In this document: positions 21,400-31,354 of the stretch, in pieces | How positions within the stretch are numbered: the first letter of the stretch is position 1 | Layout of the letters: the number at the start of each line of letters is the position of its first letter | Origin: an uncultured Actinomycetes bacterium | GTDB taxonomy: Bacteria > Actinomycetota > UBA4738 > JBBDTT01 | DNA: 64,000 nucleotides | Reading direction: 5' to 3' | Assembly (NCBI GenBank): GCA_963742735.1 | Contig: CAVUMN010000003.1 | Location: forward strand, 608,001 to 672,000 | The notes under the pieces: model-generated | What the model saw: the letters and a program-made list of their open reading frames with translations, nothing else | Databases searched by the model: none | Told to the model about the DNA's origin: nothing | Translations under genes and position numbers: made by a program

Positions 21400-21822
21400 A
21401 TGGCCGGTTCGGCGATGATGCCCCTTGTACGTCACCGCCCGTTCGCCCAGGAGACCAGGCCCGTGCCGCCGCCCCGTTCCGACGATCCCCAGAGGAACCT
21501 CTCGTTCCTCGACACGTGCAGCCCCGAGGCGGTACGCCTGCTCGCCATGCTCGGTGAGGAGGTCCGGCCGCAGGCGGGGGAGGACCTCACCGGCTACGTG
21601 GGCGGCGACCAGGAGATGGTGTTCGTGGTGCTGGCGGGCAGCGCGCGCGTCGAGCGGCGCGGACGCGCGGCGAAGCGCGTCGGCCGGGGGGACCTGCTCT
21701 GGGTCGGGGCGAAGGCCGGCGTGACGATCGCGGAGGAGCCCATGCGCCTGTTGCAGCTGGAGCTGTCCGCGTTCGAGCGGATCCTGGACCACGCACGGGA
21801 GCCGGCGAAGGGGATCCTCTAG
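21400..21822 (+). CDS. Degenerate cyclic nucleotide-binding-domain-like protein
   Basis: LSFL..GEDL..FVVLAGSARVER..GRGDL..MRLLQL..FERIL pattern without a clear GE motif; start uncertain. Confidence 0.5.
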   Translation: MAGSAMMPLVRHRPFAQETRPVPPPRSDDPQRNLSFLDTCSPEAVRLLAMLGEEVRPQAGEDLTGYVGGDQEMVFVVLAGSARVERRGRAAKRVGRGDLLWVGAKAGVTIAEEPMRLLQLELSAFERILDHAREPAKGIL

Positions 21823-22460
21823 CCGGACTCCCAGTCGACGGTCAGGCGGGTGTGATCCTCCGGGTCGACCAGGACGGGCACGGTGAGGTTGGCGCCCACC
21901 GTGATCAGCTGGTCGTTCGGGACCAGCGAGAGGTTCCGGACCGTGTAGGGGTCCTTGCCCTCCATACGAACGGTCAGCGTGAGCTCGACCAGGGTGTGCT
22001 CTCCGAGCTCGGTGCCGAGGTTCCGTGCCGTCTTGATCAGGGCCATCCCCTCGAGACCCCGGTTCCACAGGTCGTCCTCGTTCGTCTTGATGTGATCCGC
22101 CTCGATGTGGGCGGTGAAGATCCGGGTCTTCGTCTCGATGGGGGTGGGGGCGGCCTCCAGCTTCACGCCGAGCTCGCCGAGGGCCTCGCGAACCTCCTCC
22201 GGCGGCGCTCCGGCGCCGGACCACGCGACGCGCGCGTCGACGCCGGGGGAGATCCTCGCCGGCTTGGGGGCGAGGTCGAAGGACCGGACCTGATAGGCCG
22301 ACCCGTGACTGAACGCGGTGAGGATCCCGATCACGACCACGGCCACGCCGGCGATCCCGAGGGCGATTCCGCCCTCGATGTTGAAGCCGGTCCAGGCCGC
22401 GCCCAGCCCCATCAGGATCAGGGAGCCCGCCAGGGGCAGCCGGTCGCGGTTCGCCGTCAT
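21819..22460 (-). CDS. Hypothetical membrane protein (two TM helices plus beta-rich C-terminal domain)
   Basis: ATGA overlap with upstream hydrolase; ends VPVLVDPEDHTRLTVDW. Confidence 0.65.
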   Translation of the reverse strand: MTANRDRLPLAGSLILMGLGAAWTGFNIEGGIALGIAGVAVVVIGILTAFSHGSAYQVRSFDLAPKPARISPGVDARVAWSGAGAPPEEVREALGELGVKLEAAPTPIETKTRIFTAHIEADHIKTNEDDLWNRGLEGMALIKTARNLGTELGEHTLVELTLTVRMEGKDPYTVRNLSLVPNDQLITVGANLTVPVLVDPEDHTRLTVDWESG

Positions 22461-23242
22461 CGGGCCGCCAGGAAGGACGCCACGCGCGGGACGAGGTTCG
22501 GGATGTCCAGGAACATCGACGCGGCATCAGGGTAGGCGATCAGCTCGGCGTTCGGGAGGAGATCCGCCATGATCTCCGCCACCTTCAGGGCGTGGACCTT
22601 GTCCCCGTCGCGCGCGATCAGCAGCGCCGGCGCGTCCATCGTGCGAAGGATCGCCCGGTCCTGCACCGGCCAGTCCAGGGTGACCTCCCGGATCGCCCGC
22701 GGGACTCCGACCGGGTTGACCTTCTGGAAGTTCGCGCGGTCGTAGGCCTCGAGCCACGGCGCGGTGAGATAGGCGGCCCTGCGCTCGTCGGCGGCCAGGA
22801 TGGCCTCGATCGCCTGGTCGAGGGGCAGCGACTCCAGGGCGTCGGCCATCGGCAGGTAGCGCTCGCGGTGCCGGAAAGGCCCGTCCAGGCCGGCCGGCAA
22901 CAGGAAGACGACCCGGTCGAAGCGGTCCGGCTCGTCGGCCATCAGGTGCAGCATCGTCCCGGCTCCGAGCGACGTGCCGACGGCCCGGGTCGCCCCGTGC
23001 GCGTCGGCTACCGCGCGCAGGTCGCGGGCGAAATCGGCGAACCGATAGCTGCCCTCGGGCGGCGAGTCGCTGCGTCCGTGGCCGCGGAAGTCGAACCGGA
23101 CCTTGGTCCCCGAGAGGCTGGGGGTGAACAGCGCCAGCTCGTCGGCGTTGTTCGTCAACCCGTGGGCGAAGACCGTGACCGGCTCGCCCTCGCCCTCGAC
23201 CTCGACGTTGAGGGTGACGTCCTGCGTCCACAGCTCAGCCAT
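22457..23242 (-). CDS. Alpha/beta fold hydrolase
   Basis: HGL, DFRGHGRS, GTSLG nucleophile elbow. Confidence 0.9.
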   Translation of the reverse strand: MAELWTQDVTLNVEVEGEGEPVTVFAHGLTNNADELALFTPSLSGTKVRFDFRGHGRSDSPPEGSYRFADFARDLRAVADAHGATRAVGTSLGAGTMLHLMADEPDRFDRVVFLLPAGLDGPFRHRERYLPMADALESLPLDQAIEAILAADERRAAYLTAPWLEAYDRANFQKVNPVGVPRAIREVTLDWPVQDRAILRTMDAPALLIARDGDKVHALKVAEIMADLLPNAELIAYPDAASMFLDIPNLVPRVASFLAAR

Positions 23243-23684
23243 CGAGGCGGAGCTCGCTCTCGACGCGGTGGTCGCCGTCCTCCTCGACGACGACGACGCC
23301 CTCGCACTCCTTCAGCGGCTTGATCTTCGTGCCGGTGAGGCCCTCGACGGCGCGCTCGATCAGCGGGGTGTGCCCCACGGCCAGACCGCGGCCCCCGTCG
23401 GGCAGCAGGCGGAACATCTCCCGGACGACCTCGAGCAGCTCGCCGGGGGTCTCGGGGTTCTGGAAGGGCTCGAAGATCGCGTGGTTCTGGGGGAGCTTCT
23501 GGCCCAGGGCTCGCAGGAACCAGGCGGCGGTCTCGGCGGCCCGTTTCGCCGAGGAGACGAACAGGGCGTCGTACCGGCCGCCCAGGGTCCGTCCGACGTC
23601 CTCCGCCTGGGTCTTGCCCTCCTTGGTCAGCTGGTCGGCCGTGGCGTGACGGATCGCGTGCCGGCGGAGCTCCAGGACCTTCAC
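23235..23684 (-). CDS. Histidine phosphatase (SixA/PGAM-like) family protein
   Basis: RRHA, SSAKRAAETA, VGH. Confidence 0.75.
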   Translation of the reverse strand: MKVLELRRHAIRHATADQLTKEGKTQAEDVGRTLGGRYDALFVSSAKRAAETAAWFLRALGQKLPQNHAIFEPFQNPETPGELLEVVREMFRLLPDGGRGLAVGHTPLIERAVEGLTGTKIKPLKECEGVVVVEEDGDHRVESELRLDG

Positions 23685-23998
23685 TTCACCGTGTGGGTCT
23701 CGACGTAGAGGAGGCCGAACGCGCTCGTGAAGTTCGGCAGGTCGTCGTTCCCGCGGGCGCCGGCCTCGGAGCGCATGTCGGCGACGAAGCCGTCGCGGTC
23801 GTCCCAGGTCATCTCCGCGGTGCCGTCGAACCGTGGCTCGGTTCCGCCGGGCGCGCCGGTCACGATGCGTACGTGATAGCTGCGGAGGTTCTCGTAGCCG
23901 TCCCGCGCGATCGGCGCGTGCGTGTTCAGCCAGTAGTCACGGAACTCGTCGAGCGACATGCCGTCCTTCTTCTTCAGCCAGATCTGGGTCACGAACAC
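23681..23998 (-). CDS. EthD family (dimeric alpha-beta barrel) protein
   Basis: KKKDGMSLDEFRDYWLNTHAP..FDGTAEMTWD..DLPNF; GTG start after GGAGG. Confidence 0.85.
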   Translation of the reverse strand: MFVTQIWLKKKDGMSLDEFRDYWLNTHAPIARDGYENLRSYHVRIVTGAPGGTEPRFDGTAEMTWDDRDGFVADMRSEAGARGNDDLPNFTSAFGLLYVETHTVK

Positions 23999-24033
23999 GT
24001 TGCGCCCCCTCCGAGCCCGTCGTCCGGGCGATG

Positions 24034-25344
24034 CTACGCCGGGACGGCGCGCTTGAGCGTCTCCGGCGTGCGCACCGCGACGATCAGGGCCAGCGCGATC
24101 GGGATCGCTCCGAGCGCGAACGCGGCCCGGTAGCCGAGCTGGTTCGAGGCGACGCCCATCGCGAAGGGCGCAAGGACCATGCCGACGTCGCCGCAGAAGC
24201 GATACACGCCCACGGCGGTGCCCCGGCCCTCCTCGGGGGACACGTCGGACAGCATGGCCCCCGGCGGCACGCCCGCGAAGCCCGAGGCGATCCCGAAGAC
24301 GAACAGGACGGCGCCGAACACGACGACCGTGGTCGAGAACCCCGTGACGATCGTCATGATCGAGAGCGCGGCGAACGACGGGATCGTCACCGCCCTGCGA
24401 CCGTGCCGGTCGGCGAGGCTCCCGGCGGGGAACAGGACCATGAACTCGCCGACCAGGGTGACCGCGAACACGACGCCGATGGCCTGTTCGCTCATCCCCA
24501 GGTGCTCGGAGCCGAACAGGGGGATGAGGGTGTCGAGCGGTCCGGAGACCATCCACAGGTAGGCGAAGTTCAGCACGCACGCCGTCGCGAAGCCGGGGAT
24601 CCGCAGCAGGCGCCCGATGCGCGTCTTGGTCCGGCGCAGGACCGGCATGTCCCGCTCGGCCATGGCCTCCTCGCGGGTCAGGGCTGGCTCCTCGTCGGTG
24701 TTCACCCCCCGGCCGGGGTCCTTCACGTAGCGCAGGAACAGCAGGCCCGAGACGACGAGCAGGCCCGAGTACGCGTAGAGCGGCGCGCGGAGTCCGAACC
24801 AGTCGGCGATGAAGCCTCCCAGCGGCCCGCCGGCGATGACCGCGACGTTGAACGTCCCGAAGAAGACCGACAGCGACCGGGCCATCCGCTCCTTCGGAAC
24901 GATCTTCAACACGTAGGAGAACAGCGCCGCGAACAGCACGGCCGACCCCGCCCCGCCGAGGCTCCGCAGGACCACCGCCAGCACGAAGGTGGGGGCGACG
25001 GCCGTCAGGGTGGAAGACACCGCCACGACCAGCAGGCCGGCCGACGCGGAGGCTCGCTCGCCCCACCGGTCCACGATCGGCCCGGCGACCAGGTCGAACA
25101 GCAGGCGGGTCAGGGCGAAGGAGGAGATGAAGATCCCCGCGCCGGCGTCGGTGACCCCGAACGACTTCGCGAACAGCGGCAGGACCGGGACGATGATCCC
25201 GAACCCGAGCATGGTCACGAAGACCACGCCCATGATGGTCCGCAGGGCGGGCAGCGCGAGGATCTCGCGGATCCCGACCTTCTCGGGGGGCGCGCCCGTC
25301 ACGGGCGCGTTCGGCTGGGTGGCTCGGCCTGGCCCGCCTGCCAT
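24034..25344 (-). CDS. MFS transporter
   Basis: 12 TM pattern, GFGIIVPVLP, GPIVDRWGER, GSLADRHGRR. Confidence 0.92.
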   Translation of the reverse strand: MAGGPGRATQPNAPVTGAPPEKVGIREILALPALRTIMGVVFVTMLGFGIIVPVLPLFAKSFGVTDAGAGIFISSFALTRLLFDLVAGPIVDRWGERASASAGLLVVAVSSTLTAVAPTFVLAVVLRSLGGAGSAVLFAALFSYVLKIVPKERMARSLSVFFGTFNVAVIAGGPLGGFIADWFGLRAPLYAYSGLLVVSGLLFLRYVKDPGRGVNTDEEPALTREEAMAERDMPVLRRTKTRIGRLLRIPGFATACVLNFAYLWMVSGPLDTLIPLFGSEHLGMSEQAIGVVFAVTLVGEFMVLFPAGSLADRHGRRAVTIPSFAALSIMTIVTGFSTTVVVFGAVLFVFGIASGFAGVPPGAMLSDVSPEEGRGTAVGVYRFCGDVGMVLAPFAMGVASNQLGYRAAFALGAIPIALALIVAVRTPETLKRAVPA

Positions 25345-25850
25345 CGGGCGAACACGAACAGCAGGTCGGACAGACGGTTCAGATAGCGAAGGGCCTCGGG
25401 GTTCACCTCGGTCCCGGCGTCGCGGAGCTCGACGGCGCGCCGCTCGGCGCGGCGCACGGTGGTCCGGGCCACGTCCAGTGCGGCCGAGGATCGGTTGGTG
25501 CCGGGGACCACGAACTCCTCGGGGAGGGGGTGCTCGGCCACGGTGTCGTCGATCAGGGCCTCGAGCCGTTCGACCATGTCGGCGGTGGCCAGCGAGACCC
25601 CCGGCTTGAGCTTCGCCCGCTCGGCCGGGTTGGTGGCCAGGTCGGCCCCGATCACGAACAGGTCGCGCTGGATCTGCAGGAGGGTGGCGTCGAACGCCGC
25701 GTTGTCGGTCTCGGCGCGGGCCAGGCCCAGCTCCGCCACGGCCTCGTCCACCGTGCCGTAGGTCTCGGCGACGCGGCCGCCCTTGCTGACGCGGCTGCCG
25801 TACAGCAGCCCGGTGGTCCCGTCGTCCCCGGTCTTCGTGTAGATCCGCAT
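25299..25850 (-). CDS. PduO-type cob(I)alamin adenosyltransferase
   Basis: MRIYTKTGDDGTT, YGTVDE, RRAERR, YLNRLSDLLF. Confidence 0.95.
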   Translation of the reverse strand: MRIYTKTGDDGTTGLLYGSRVSKGGRVAETYGTVDEAVAELGLARAETDNAAFDATLLQIQRDLFVIGADLATNPAERAKLKPGVSLATADMVERLEALIDDTVAEHPLPEEFVVPGTNRSSAALDVARTTVRRAERRAVELRDAGTEVNPEALRYLNRLSDLLFVFARWQAGQAEPPSRTRP

Positions 25851-26023
25851 GGCCGCCTTAGGATACGGCCAAGCCGGCGACGGCCGGCCAGAGCACAGCT
25901 GCCCCAGGTTCAACATGTGCCCCATGTGACTGGTGAGCGCGGCTGAGTGTTACAGTGACGCCGAGTCCGCCCGGCCGAGCGTGGCCGCGGCGGGTCCCGG
26001 CGTCGCGCCGGAAGGAGGAGGCA

Positions 26024-26908
26024 ATGCCGGGAAGGTTCGGTTCGGTGATCACCGCGATGGCGACGCCCTTCGCGGAGGACGGCTCGCTCGACGTCGGCCG
26101 GGCCGGCGAGCTCGCCGCCTGGCTGGTCGAGCACGGCTCGGACGGCCTGGTGATCCACGGATCCACGGGTGAGGCCTCCACCATGGACGACGACGAGAAG
26201 TTCGAGCTGGTCCGGGCGGTCAAGGGGGCGGTGGGGGCCGGCACGCCCGTCATCGCCGGCACCGGCACGCCCGACACCCGGCACACCATCCACCTGGGGG
26301 AGCGGGCGAAGGAGGCGGGCGCCGACGCGCTGCTCGTCGTCACGCCGTACTACTCGAAGCCCTCCCAGCCTGGCCTGCTCGCGCACTTCCGCGCCGTGGC
26401 CGGGGGCACGGACCTCCCCGTGCTGCTCTACAACATCCCCAGCCGGACGGTCATCCGCATCGAGCACGACACGCTGCTGGAGCTCGCAACCGTCGAGAAC
26501 ATCGTCGGGGTCAAGGACGCCACCGGGGACGTGGACGGCGCCGCCCGGCTGGTGGCCGAGGCCCCCTCGGGCTTCGAGGTCTACGCGGGCGACGACTGGG
26601 GCGCGTTCGCGTGGGCGTGCGTCGGCGGGGTCGGGGTCATCTCGGTCGCGTCTCACGTCGCGGGGGAACGCCTCTCCCGGATGTTCGAGCTGATCTCCGC
26701 CGGTGACGTGCCCGCCGCCCTCAAGCTCCACCAGGAGCTGCTGCCCCTGTTCCCCGCGCTGTTCGTGACCAGCAACCCCACGCCGGTCAAGGCCGCCCTG
26801 GAGATGATCGGCCAGCCGGCCGGCGATCCACGGCTTCCGCTGATCCCGGCGACCGAGGAGGAGCGGGCGGTCGTCCGCCGAGCCATGGAGGCGGCCGGCG
26901 TCCTCTGA
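26024..26908 (+). CDS. dapA: 4-hydroxy-tetrahydrodipicolinate synthase
   Basis: TPF, GSTGE, VTPYYSKP, YNIPSRT, GVKDA, NPTPVK; GGAGGAGG SD. Confidence 0.96.
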   Translation: MPGRFGSVITAMATPFAEDGSLDVGRAGELAAWLVEHGSDGLVIHGSTGEASTMDDDEKFELVRAVKGAVGAGTPVIAGTGTPDTRHTIHLGERAKEAGADALLVVTPYYSKPSQPGLLAHFRAVAGGTDLPVLLYNIPSRTVIRIEHDTLLELATVENIVGVKDATGDVDGAARLVAEAPSGFEVYAGDDWGAFAWACVGGVGVISVASHVAGERLSRMFELISAGDVPAALKLHQELLPLFPALFVTSNPTPVKAALEMIGQPAGDPRLPLIPATEEERAVVRRAMEAAGVL

Positions 26909-26960
26909 GGGGGGAGCACCCCAGGTCGCCGGCGCCGGAGGCGGGCCCGAGGCCCGCCTG

Positions 26961-28601
26961 GTGTTCCTGGGCGGCCTCGGCGAGATCGGGCGGAACATGG
27001 CCGCCCTCGAGCTGGGCGGCAAGATCCTGCTCATCGACGCCGGCCTGTCGTTCCCCGAGGAGGACATGCCCGGGGTGGACCTGGTCCTGCCGGACTTCGA
27101 TTACCTGCGGGAGCGGGCGGACGCGGTGGGAACCGTCGTGCTCACCCACGGCCACGAGGACCACATCGGCGCGCTGCCGTACCTGCTCCGTGAGTTCGAG
27201 CTCGACGTGTACGGAACCAAGCTGACCCTCGGCTTGCTCAAGCGGAAGTTCGAGGAGCACGGTGTCTCCGAGCGGGCGACGCTGCACGAGGTCGAGCCGG
27301 GCGACGGCGAGGTCACGACGGGGCCGTTCACCTTCCGGTTCCGGCGCGTCTCGCACTCGATCCCCGACGGGGTCGCGGTGGCCATCGACACGCCGGCCGG
27401 CACGATCCTGCACTCGGGCGACTTCAAGCTCGACCAGACCCCGCTCGACGGCCGGACCACCGACCTGCACGGCCTGGCCGAGGAGGCCCGCCGCGGCGTG
27501 CACCTGTTCCTGTCGGACTCGACGAACGCGGAGGACCCGGGGAGCGTCCCCAGCGAGCGGACGGTCGGGCCCGTCCTGCGGGAGATCTTCCGGGACGTGA
27601 GCGGCCGCATCGTGACGGCCTGCTTCGCGAGCCACGTGCACAGGGTCCAGCAGATCTGCGACGCCGCGCGGGCGGTGGGTCGCAAGGTCGCTTTCCTCGG
27701 CCGCTCGATGAACCAGAACATGGCCGCGGCGAGCGAGCTGGGCTACCTCCACCTGCCGCCCGAGGACCTGGTCCCCATCGAGTCGGTGTCGTCGATGGCC
27801 CCGAGCTCCGTGGTGGTCGTGTCCACCGGGTCGCAGGGCGAGCCCATGTCGGCGCTGTCGCTCATGGCCGCCCGCGAGAACAAGTGGGTGAAGCTCGGGC
27901 CCGGCGACGCGGTGGTCCTGGCCTCGTCGAAGATCCCCGGCAACGAGACCGCGATCAACCGCACGATCGACGGCCTGTACCGGACCGGCGCCGACGTGTT
28001 CCACGTCCCGTTCTACTCGGTCCACGTCTCCGGCCACGGCGCGTCCGAGGACCTCAAGTCGATGCTCAACCTGGTCCGGCCCCGCTGGTTCATCCCGGTC
28101 CACGGCGAGATCCGCCACCTGCTGCATCACGCCCGCCTGGCCGAGGCGGTCGGGATCCCGCGGGAGCACGTGCTGATCTGCGAGGACGGCGACGTGGTCG
28201 ACATCGGGCCCGACTCGGTGGCGATCACCGGCGAGGTCCAGGCCGGGGTCACCTACGTGGACGGCCTGGGGATCGGCGACGTCGGCGAGGCGGTCCTGCG
28301 CGACCGGCGCAAGCTGGCCGGCGACGGCTTCGCGATCGTGGTCCTGTCGGTCGACCGGCACACCGGCGCGATCCTCTCCGGCCCCGAGATCGTCACCCGA
28401 GGGTTCGTCTACGACGAGGAGGCCGGCGAGATCCTCGAGGAGGGCCGCCACCGCGTGGAGCTCTCCCTGAAGGAGACCGCCGCCGACAACGTCACCGACC
28501 CGACGGTGCTGAAGGATCGGGTCCGCCGGACCCTCGGCAAGTACTTCTTCGAGGTCACGAAGCGAAAGCCCGTGATCGTCCCCGTGATCATGGAGGTCTG
28601 A
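26961..28601 (+). CDS. rnj: Ribonuclease J (true start probably slightly upstream)
   Basis: LGGLGEIGRN, THGHEDHIG, DSTNAE, TGSQGEP, HVSGH, PVHGE. Confidence 0.97.
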   Translation: MFLGGLGEIGRNMAALELGGKILLIDAGLSFPEEDMPGVDLVLPDFDYLRERADAVGTVVLTHGHEDHIGALPYLLREFELDVYGTKLTLGLLKRKFEEHGVSERATLHEVEPGDGEVTTGPFTFRFRRVSHSIPDGVAVAIDTPAGTILHSGDFKLDQTPLDGRTTDLHGLAEEARRGVHLFLSDSTNAEDPGSVPSERTVGPVLREIFRDVSGRIVTACFASHVHRVQQICDAARAVGRKVAFLGRSMNQNMAAASELGYLHLPPEDLVPIESVSSMAPSSVVVVSTGSQGEPMSALSLMAARENKWVKLGPGDAVVLASSKIPGNETAINRTIDGLYRTGADVFHVPFYSVHVSGHGASEDLKSMLNLVRPRWFIPVHGEIRHLLHHARLAEAVGIPREHVLICEDGDVVDIGPDSVAITGEVQAGVTYVDGLGIGDVGEAVLRDRRKLAGDGFAIVVLSVDRHTGAILSGPEIVTRGFVYDEEAGEILEEGRHRVELSLKETAADNVTDPTVLKDRVRRTLGKYFFEVTKRKPVIVPVIMEV

Positions 28602-28620
28602 CCGAGGAGGTCGAGCACTG

Positions 28621-30849
28621 ATGGCCACGAAGACGAAGTCCCGATCCAGATCCCGGTCGAAGCCCAAGGGCCGCCGGCGGCCGTCACGCCAGACCGGCGC
28701 CCGAACCCGGGCCGCCGGGCGGCGGATGGCGAACCACCTGGCCCCCCAGATCGCCGACATGATCGGGATCGGCCTGGTCGTCCTGGCGCTGTTGTCGATG
28801 CTGTCGATCTGGCTCGACGCGGCCGGACCGGTCGGCCGGTTCCTGACCATCCTGGTGACCGGCCTGTGGGGCGTGGCCGGCTACGCGTTCCCGGTCGTCG
28901 CCATGTACTGGGGTGTGCTCCTGATCCGCGGCACGGCCGTGGAGGAGCGGGGACGGCGCTTCGTCGGGCTGTGGATCACCGGCGCGGGCGCGCTCGGTCT
29001 GGTCTCGCTGTTCTCGGGCAACCCCAGCCCGGCGTCGGGCCACGCGGGGTTCGGTGACTCCGGCGGCCTGCTCGGCGCGCTGACCGCGTGGCCGCTGTCC
29101 CGGTTGGTGTCGGCCTACGGCGCCGCCGTCGTGACGGCCGGGCTGCTCGTCCTCGGCGTGCTCGTGTTCACCGGCACGCCCCTCGCGGCCGTCGGGCAAC
29201 GGATCAAGGGGTTCCTCTTCGTCGAGCGGGAGGACGAGGAGCCGGCGCCGACGCCGAAGCGCGATCGCCGCGTGAAGATCGCCGAGCACGACGAGCCCGC
29301 GACGATGACCCCGGCCATGCCGGAGCCTCCGCCGGTGACCGCCGGCGAGCCGAGGCAGATGAAGCTGGTCCTGCCGAAGGGCGACGGCTACAAGCTGCCG
29401 CCCGCCGAGCTGCTGCGGCGCGCGCCGGCCACCACGGCGTCCGGCCGCGACGAGGAGGACACGATGAAGGTGCTCGAGGGCACCTTCGAGAACTTCGGCG
29501 TTCCCGCGCGCGTGGTCGCGGCCCACCGTGGGCCCACCGTCACCCTGTACGAGGTCGAGGTCACCGCCGGGACGAAGGTCAACAAGGTCCTGTCGCTCTC
29601 GGACGACATCGCCTACGCACTCGCCACGCCCGACGTTCGGATCATCGCCCCGATCCCCGGCAAGTCCGCCATCGGCGTCGAGGTCCCGAACAAGGTCCGC
29701 GACTTCGTGATGCTCGGCGACGTCCTGACGTCGAAGACCGCGGCCGAGAACAAGCACCCGCTCGCGGCGTCGCTGGGCAAGGACGTCCACGGCCGCGCGG
29801 TCATGGTGAACCTCTCGGAGATGCCCCACGTGCTGGTGGCCGGCTCCACGGGGGCCGGCAAGTCCAGCCTGATCAACGCGTTCGTCACGAGCATCCTGAT
29901 GCGGGCCACGCCCGACGAGGTGAAGCTGGTGCTGGTCGACCCGAAGCGCGTGGAGCTGTCGCACTTTGCCGACCTGCCGCACCTGATCTCGCCGGTGATC
30001 GTGCATCCGAAGCGGGCGGCGGAGGCCCTCGGTTGGGTGGTCCGGGAGATGGAGCTGCGTTACGAGTCGCTGGCGACCGTCGGGATGCGCGACATCGCCT
30101 CGTACAACGCCGCGCTCGCCGGAGGGACGCTTCGGATCCCGCCGGGGATGGACTCGGACTTCCGCCACCTGCCGTATATCGTCGTGGTGATCGACGAGCT
30201 GTCGGACCTGATGATGGTCGCGCCGCGCGACGTCGAGGACGCGATCTGCCGTATCGCGCAGATGGCCCGGGCGGTGGGCATCCACCTGGTGGTGGCCACG
30301 CAGCGGCCCTCGGTCGACGTCGTCACCGGCCTGATCAAGGCGAACATCCCAAGCCGGATCGCGTTCATGACGGCGTCGCAGGCCGACAGCCGGGTGATCC
30401 TGGACGTGGGCGGCGCGGAGAAGCTCGTCGGCCGCGGCGACATGCTCTTCCTGCCGGCGAACGCCTCGAAGGCCCACCGCATCCAGGGGGCGTGGGTGAC
30501 CGAGGCCGAGATCGAGGCCGTCGCCGAGTGGTGCCGCAAGCAGCGGGCGCCGGTCTACGTCCAGGGTGCCGAGGGCCTCGGCAAGCCGCCCGTCGAGGGC
30601 GAGGACGTCTCCGGCGTCGGCGACGACGACGACCTGGTCGAGCAGGCCGCCGATCTGGTGATCCGCTCGCAGCTCGGGTCGACCTCGATGCTCCAGCGCA
30701 AGCTGAAGGTCGGGTTCGCCCGCGCGGGGCGGATCATGGACCTGCTCGAGGAGCGCTCGATCGTCGGTCCGAGCACGGGGTCGAAGGCTCGCGACGTGCT
30801 GTTGACCTACGAGGAGTGGATGGAGTCCCGGGGCGCCGCCGCGGGTTGA
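28621..30849 (+). CDS. ftsK: DNA translocase FtsK/SpoIIIE
   Basis: N-terminal TMs, PHVLVAGSTGAGKS, DPKRVEL, ATQRPS, gamma domain STSMLQRKLKVGFARAGR. Confidence 0.97.
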   Translation: MATKTKSRSRSRSKPKGRRRPSRQTGARTRAAGRRMANHLAPQIADMIGIGLVVLALLSMLSIWLDAAGPVGRFLTILVTGLWGVAGYAFPVVAMYWGVLLIRGTAVEERGRRFVGLWITGAGALGLVSLFSGNPSPASGHAGFGDSGGLLGALTAWPLSRLVSAYGAAVVTAGLLVLGVLVFTGTPLAAVGQRIKGFLFVEREDEEPAPTPKRDRRVKIAEHDEPATMTPAMPEPPPVTAGEPRQMKLVLPKGDGYKLPPAELLRRAPATTASGRDEEDTMKVLEGTFENFGVPARVVAAHRGPTVTLYEVEVTAGTKVNKVLSLSDDIAYALATPDVRIIAPIPGKSAIGVEVPNKVRDFVMLGDVLTSKTAAENKHPLAASLGKDVHGRAVMVNLSEMPHVLVAGSTGAGKSSLINAFVTSILMRATPDEVKLVLVDPKRVELSHFADLPHLISPVIVHPKRAAEALGWVVREMELRYESLATVGMRDIASYNAALAGGTLRIPPGMDSDFRHLPYIVVVIDELSDLMMVAPRDVEDAICRIAQMARAVGIHLVVATQRPSVDVVTGLIKANIPSRIAFMTASQADSRVILDVGGAEKLVGRGDMLFLPANASKAHRIQGAWVTEAEIEAVAEWCRKQRAPVYVQGAEGLGKPPVEGEDVSGVGDDDDLVEQAADLVIRSQLGSTSMLQRKLKVGFARAGRIMDLLEERSIVGPSTGSKARDVLLTYEEWMESRGAAAG

Positions 30850-30852
30850 GGC

Positions 30853-31350
30853 CTACGAGCCCGCCTCGCCCAGGCGGGCTCGGGCGGCGGCGATCACGGC
30901 GAGGGCCTCGTCGCGACCGCCGAAGCCCTCGGCCGTGACGACCTTGCCCTCGAGGTCCCCGTAGAACCGGAAGAAGTGGTCGACCTCGTTCAGCATCTCC
31001 GGCCGCATGTCGGCCAGGTCTGCCACGTGTGACCAGTTGGGGTCGCGCAGCGGGACGCACAGGATCTTCTCGTCGGCGCCCTTCTCGTCGGCCATCCGGT
31101 ACAGCCCGATGGGCCGCGCGTGGATCCGGCATCCCGGAAACGTGGGCTCGGCCACGAACACCAGGGCGTCCAGGGTGTCGCCGTCGCCGCCGAGCGTCCC
31201 GTCGATGAAGCCGTAGTCGGCCGGATAGACCATCGACGTGAACAGCATCCGGTCCAGCACGATGGCGCCGACGGACGGGTCGTACTCGTACTTGTTGCGG
31301 GAGCCGCGCGGGATCTCGACGATCACGAGGACCGTGTCGGTCTCGCCCAC
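30853..31350 (-). CDS. ppa: Inorganic pyrophosphatase (family I)
   Basis: EIPRGSRNKYE, YPADYGF, DGDTLD, DEKIL. Confidence 0.95.
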   Translation of the reverse strand: MGETDTVLVIVEIPRGSRNKYEYDPSVGAIVLDRMLFTSMVYPADYGFIDGTLGGDGDTLDALVFVAEPTFPGCRIHARPIGLYRMADEKGADEKILCVPLRDPNWSHVADLADMRPEMLNEVDHFFRFYGDLEGKVVTAEGFGGRDEALAVIAAARARLGEAGS

Positions 31351-31354
31351 GGGG

